Origin: Bacteroidota bacterium
GTDB taxonomy: Bacteria; Bacteroidota; Bacteroidia; Bacteroidales; FEN-979
Assembly: GCA_026391835.1 (NCBI GenBank)
Contig: JAPLDF010000068.1
Location: 313,661 to 377,660, forward strand
DNA: 64,000 bases
Direction: 5' to 3'
Shown: in pieces, positions 60,534-64,000 of the stretch
How the letters are laid out: every line of letters begins with the position of its first letter
Position numbering within the stretch: the stretch's first letter is position 1
Notes under the pieces: model-generated
The model's database searches: none
Told to the model about the DNA's origin: nothing
The model's input: only the letters and a program-made list of their open reading frames with translations
Position numbers and translations under genes: made by a program

Positions 60534-62735
60534 TTAGTTTCCTAGTTCGGACATGAATTTTATGCGCATCAACCTGATCTCCTCCTCGGTGAACTCATCT
60601 TCGCCCAACTCCCTCAGGGCTTCTTCAATTGAGTCAGATTCGGCCTTCCGGAAATATTCAAAAATTTCTTCCTGGTGATACGGATCAACGAATTCGTCAA
60701 TGTAATATTTAATGTCAATTTTTGTCCCTGAGCCCACGATACTCTCCATTTCGGTGATCAATTCATCAAAACTGAGGTTTTTGGCCAGGGCAATATCTTC
60801 CAGAGCCACTTTGCGGTCGATGCTCTGGATGATAAACACTTTGATTCCCGATTTATTCACCACTGATTTGACAACCATGTCCATCGGGCGAATGATCTCA
60901 TTTTCCTCAACATACTCTTTGATCAGGGAAAGAAACGGCTTCCCGTACTTGAGCGCTTTGCCTGAACCTACGCCGGTAATCTGTTTCAACTCTTCAACAG
61001 TGATCGGGTATTGAATCGCCATATCTTCAAGGGACGGGTCCTGGAAAATAACGAATGGAGGCAGTTTTTCCTTTCGTGCGATCTCCTTGCGGAGATCCTT
61101 GAGCAGGGCAAACAATGTTTTATCGGCGGTACTGCTTTTGGAACCGAGCGCTTCAAAAAGTTCCTCCTCCTCCGGGTTTTCAAAATCATGGTCGTCAACG
61201 AGCATGATGGAATGCGGACTTTTAAGGAACTGAGTGCCTTCCGGGCTGATTTTCAGCAAGCCGTAGTTCTCGATATCTTTGGTAAGAAGCCGTTCAATCA
61301 GGGTTTGCCGGATGACGGCATTCCAGAATTTTTCGTCCCGGTCGGCTCCCTTGCCGAACACATCAAGTTTGTTATGTTTGTACGACTTGATGGTGGCCGC
61401 ACTTTTACCAAGGATGATGTTGATAATGTGCTTGTTTTTAAATTGCTGTTTAACCGCCAGTACGGTTTCAAGGACAAGCTGGACATATTGCTTTCCTTCA
61501 AATTTTTTCTTTGGATGCATACAGTTGTCGCAGTTCTGACAATTATCTTCTGTGTAGATCTCTCCAAAATAATGCAGCAGTTGTTTACGACGGCATACAG
61601 AAGATTCGCTGTATGAAACTGTTTCCATTAACAATTGCTTGGCAATTTCCTGCTCTGCCACCGCTTTCCCTTTGAGGAACTTCTCAAGCTTCTGGATGTC
61701 ATCGTAGCTGTAAAATGCAATACAGTTTCCTTCGCCGTCGTCACGGCCGCTGCGGCCGGTCTCCTGGTAGTATCCCTCAAGGCTTTTGGGCATATCGTTG
61801 TGGATCACAAAACGGACATCCGGTTTGTCGATGCCCATGCCAAAAGCAATGGTGGCTACAATGACATCAACCTCCTCCATGAGGAATTTATCCTGGTTCT
61901 GACGACGCGTGGTGGCATCCAGGCCGGCATGGTAAGGCAGAGCCTTAATACCATTGACAACGAAGCTTTCCGAAAGTTCTTCGACCTTTTTCCTGCTCAG
62001 GCAGTAAACAATTCCCGATTTCCCGGCGTGACTCTTGATGAACTTAATGATATCCTTGGTAACGTTTTTTGATTTGGCACGAACTTCATAATAGAGGTTC
62101 GGCCTGTTGAACGATGACAGGAACACGGATGCATCAAGCATGTTCAGGTTTTTCTGAATATCCTGCTGTACCTTGGGAGTAGCTGTTGCTGTAAGGGCTA
62201 TAACCGGAACCTGCTGCCCGATTGCATCGATAATTGGTCGCAGCCTCCTGTACTCAGGCCTGAAATCATGTCCCCATTCCGAAATGCAATGGGCCTCGTC
62301 GATGGCATAAAATGATATCTGGATATTTTGGAGAAATTCAATATTTTCTTCTTTGGTGATGGTTTCAGGTGCTACATAAAGCAATTTGGTATTGCCATTT
62401 ACAATATCCTGTTTCACCTGCATGATCTCTTGCTTTGTGAGCGAAGAGTTCATGAAATGAGCCACATTGTTCTCTGTTCCGAAACTCCTGATCGAATCGA
62501 CCTGGTTTTTCATGAGCGCTATCAGCGGGGAGACAATGATGGCTGTTCCCGGCTTCATCATGGCGGGCAGCTGGTAACACAGCGACTTCCCCCCACCGGT
62601 TGGCATGATAACAAATGTGTCATTGTTTGCCAGAACACTCCGTATAATGGCTTCCTGATTGCCTTTAAAGCTATCATAACCAAACACTTTTTTCAACACT
62701 TCAAATAGCTTATGCTCGTCCTTGTTAGCCGCCAT
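60534..62735 (-). CDS. recQ: ATP-dependent DNA helicase RecQ
   Basis: 733 aa. It has FGYDSFKGNQEAII, MPTGGGKSLCYQ, DEAHCISEWGHDFR and a zinc-binding CRRKQLLHYFGE...C..CDNC, with a C-terminal HRDC-like region. Confidence 0.92.
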   Translation of the reverse strand: MAANKDEHKLFEVLKKVFGYDSFKGNQEAIIRSVLANNDTFVIMPTGGGKSLCYQLPAMMKPGTAIIVSPLIALMKNQVDSIRSFGTENNVAHFMNSSLTKQEIMQVKQDIVNGNTKLLYVAPETITKEENIEFLQNIQISFYAIDEAHCISEWGHDFRPEYRRLRPIIDAIGQQVPVIALTATATPKVQQDIQKNLNMLDASVFLSSFNRPNLYYEVRAKSKNVTKDIIKFIKSHAGKSGIVYCLSRKKVEELSESFVVNGIKALPYHAGLDATTRRQNQDKFLMEEVDVIVATIAFGMGIDKPDVRFVIHNDMPKSLEGYYQETGRSGRDDGEGNCIAFYSYDDIQKLEKFLKGKAVAEQEIAKQLLMETVSYSESSVCRRKQLLHYFGEIYTEDNCQNCDNCMHPKKKFEGKQYVQLVLETVLAVKQQFKNKHIINIILGKSAATIKSYKHNKLDVFGKGADRDEKFWNAVIRQTLIERLLTKDIENYGLLKISPEGTQFLKSPHSIMLVDDHDFENPEEEELFEALGSKSSTADKTLFALLKDLRKEIARKEKLPPFVIFQDPSLEDMAIQYPITVEELKQITGVGSGKALKYGKPFLSLIKEYVEENEIIRPMDMVVKSVVNKSGIKVFIIQSIDRKVALEDIALAKNLSFDELITEMESIVGSGTKIDIKYYIDEFVDPYHQEEIFEYFRKAESDSIEEALRELGEDEFTEEEIRLMRIKFMSELGN

Positions 62736-62807
62736 TGTTTGACTTGGATTAATTTTAGTACTTTTGTTCAGGGCAAGTCAGTCTCTACCTTTTCATGCTC
62801 CTATATA

Positions 62808-62815
62808 CAAATGTA
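62808..62815 (-). promoter_or_regulatory. -7 box TAcaTTTG upstream of recQ
   Basis: The reverse complement of caaatgta is TACATTTG. It lies 73 nt upstream of ATG 62735. Confidence 0.3.
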
Positions 62816-62863
62816 AGTATAATCGTTTGGAAATAAACAAATTTTTAAAAAATAAATTGTGCT

Positions 62864-63829
62864 TTGAAAAACAATAAAGCATTAAAAGCAGTCGCAATCA
62901 GCACGATAACAGATGAAGCAACCGCCATAACAAATTTAACAAAATCGGTCGATGCTGATTTTTTAAATTGTATCACCCTTATTCTTCATTCAAAAGGAAG
63001 GGTGATTGTTACCGGAATCGGTAAAAGTGCCATCATCGGGCAAAAGATTGTTGCAACCCTTAATTCCACAGGGACTCCCGCCAGTTTTTTACATGCCGCC
63101 GATGCCATTCACGGCGACCTGGGTACGATCCAGAAGGAAGATATCGTGATCTGTATTTCCAACAGCGGGGAAACGCCTGAGATTAAAATACTTGTTCCGT
63201 TACTCAAGGAATACGGAAGCTCGCTGATCGCCATGGTGGGTAAAAAGGAATCATTTCTTGCCAGGCAGGCCGACCTGGTCATCAACACCACGGTTGCAAA
63301 GGAAGCGTGCCCGAACAACCTGGCTCCGACATCGAGCACTACCGCCCAGATGGTGATGGGAGACGCGCTGGCCGTTTGTTTACTCGAAGCACGGGGGTTC
63401 ACCTCCGCTGATTTCGCCAGGCTGCATCCGGGCGGGGCAATCGGGAAACAACTCTACCTGAAGGTGAGTGATTTGTATTCAGGGAATATGGCACCAAGGG
63501 TAAATCATGATGATGACATCAAAAAGGTCATCATCGAGATTTCCTCAAAACGGCTGGGTGCAACAGCCGTGCTGAAAGGCCAGGCACTGCTTGGGATCAT
63601 CACAGACGGTGACCTTCGCAGGATGCTTGAAAAGAACACCGACATCGGCACCCTGCATGCGGTGGATATCATGACAAAAAACCCGCGCACCATCTCATCC
63701 GGCACCCTGGTTGTGAATGCGCTGAGCATCATGCGCGAAAACAACATTACCCAGCTTTTGGTTGTCGACAAAAAAAAATACATGGGTGTGATCCACCTTC
63801 ACGACATCCTACGTGAAGGGATTTTGTAA
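62864..63829 (+). CDS. kdsD: KpsF/GutQ family arabinose-5-phosphate isomerase (apparent TTG start)
   Basis: 321 aa with a SIS domain (GRVIVTGIGKSAIIGQKI) and two CBS domains. An in-frame stop at 62846-62848 and the absence of any ATG before residue ~115 leave TTG 62864 as the only plausible start. Confidence 0.85.
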   Translation: MKNNKALKAVAISTITDEATAITNLTKSVDADFLNCITLILHSKGRVIVTGIGKSAIIGQKIVATLNSTGTPASFLHAADAIHGDLGTIQKEDIVICISNSGETPEIKILVPLLKEYGSSLIAMVGKKESFLARQADLVINTTVAKEACPNNLAPTSSTTAQMVMGDALAVCLLEARGFTSADFARLHPGGAIGKQLYLKVSDLYSGNMAPRVNHDDDIKKVIIEISSKRLGATAVLKGQALLGIITDGDLRRMLEKNTDIGTLHAVDIMTKNPRTISSGTLVVNALSIMRENNITQLLVVDKKKYMGVIHLHDILREGIL

Positions 63830-63830
63830 A

Positions 63831-64000
63831 ATGAAGGGGATCCTCTTTCTTTGTTTCTGCTGGGTTTGCCTCCCATTAACATCATCCCCGCAGGTCACGA
63901 AAATCATGGGTTCAGTGCACGACGGGCTCTCAAAAGAACCTATCCCGTTTGTCAATATCATCATCCATGGAACGACCATCGGAACACTCACCGATTTTAA
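63831..64000 (+). CDS. CarboxypepD_reg-like domain protein, N-terminal fragment (runs off window end)
   Basis: My translation is MKGILFLCFCWVCLPLTSSPQVTKIMGSVHDGLSKEPIPFVNIIIHGTTIGTLTDF. It has a signal peptide followed by a typical CarboxypepD_reg start. Confidence 0.6.
   Translation, partial: MKGILFLCFCWVCLPLTSSPQVTKIMGSVHDGLSKEPIPFVNIIIHGTTIGTLTDF

Noticed and set aside
1194-61616. Long antisense ORFs inside large genes (for example 1194..1877, 2025..2600, 7204..7728, 12121..12657, 17670..18206, 28311..28799, 56185..56721, 57094..57840, 61011..61616)
   Set aside because: Each lies entirely within a longer opposite-strand ORF that has clear family motifs. Their translations are Arg/Gly/Pro-rich and carry no recognisable motifs. 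They are typical shadow ORFs.

Overview
This is a chromosomal segment from a Bacteroidota genome. The diagnostic features are four proteins with T9SS C-terminal sorting domains, a SusC/SusD pair, CarboxypepD_reg-type TonB-dependent receptors, LptF/G, DUF4296, and TAnnTTTG -7 promoter boxes in front of many genes. I count about 50 protein-coding genes, mostly housekeeping or envelope functions. They include C69 and M28 peptidases, arginine deiminase, ornithine aminotransferase, an MsbA-like ABC exporter, a UbiD-family decarboxylase, ccmB-C-D-E, LptF/G plus two GT4 glycosyltransferases, EttA, HisS, a histidine-ammonia-lyase-family enzyme, IorAB, an Spt-like/GNAT-like/SDR operon, RecQ and KdsD. 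I recognised no rRNA, tRNA, cas genes, transposase, integrase or phage genes, and I do not see a convincing multi-gene defence-type system. The most unusual content is non-coding. At least 14 sites are built from tandem 7-9 nt 'words', and most are arranged as imperfect hairpins. The vocabulary differs between sites but the design is the same. Some of these hairpins are nested inside other hairpins. One encloses a GxxExxY (PD-(D/E)XK-fold) gene, and an 'empty' copy of that same hairpin lies 8 kb away. A ~200-bp composite element occurs three times, and two word arrays are read through in frame inside enzymes. The second point of interest is a compact Spt-like / GNAT-like / SDR operon (ceramide-type or sulfonolipid-type lipid synthesis) next to iorAB, with a second acyltransferase paralog 5 kb away. 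There are also active-site oddities: an Ala-Cys-Gly MIO triad, a DeoC-like protein without the Schiff-base lysine, and a CxxxY-type CcmE. All calls come from reading translations and sequence by eye; no database search, HMM or folding program was run.
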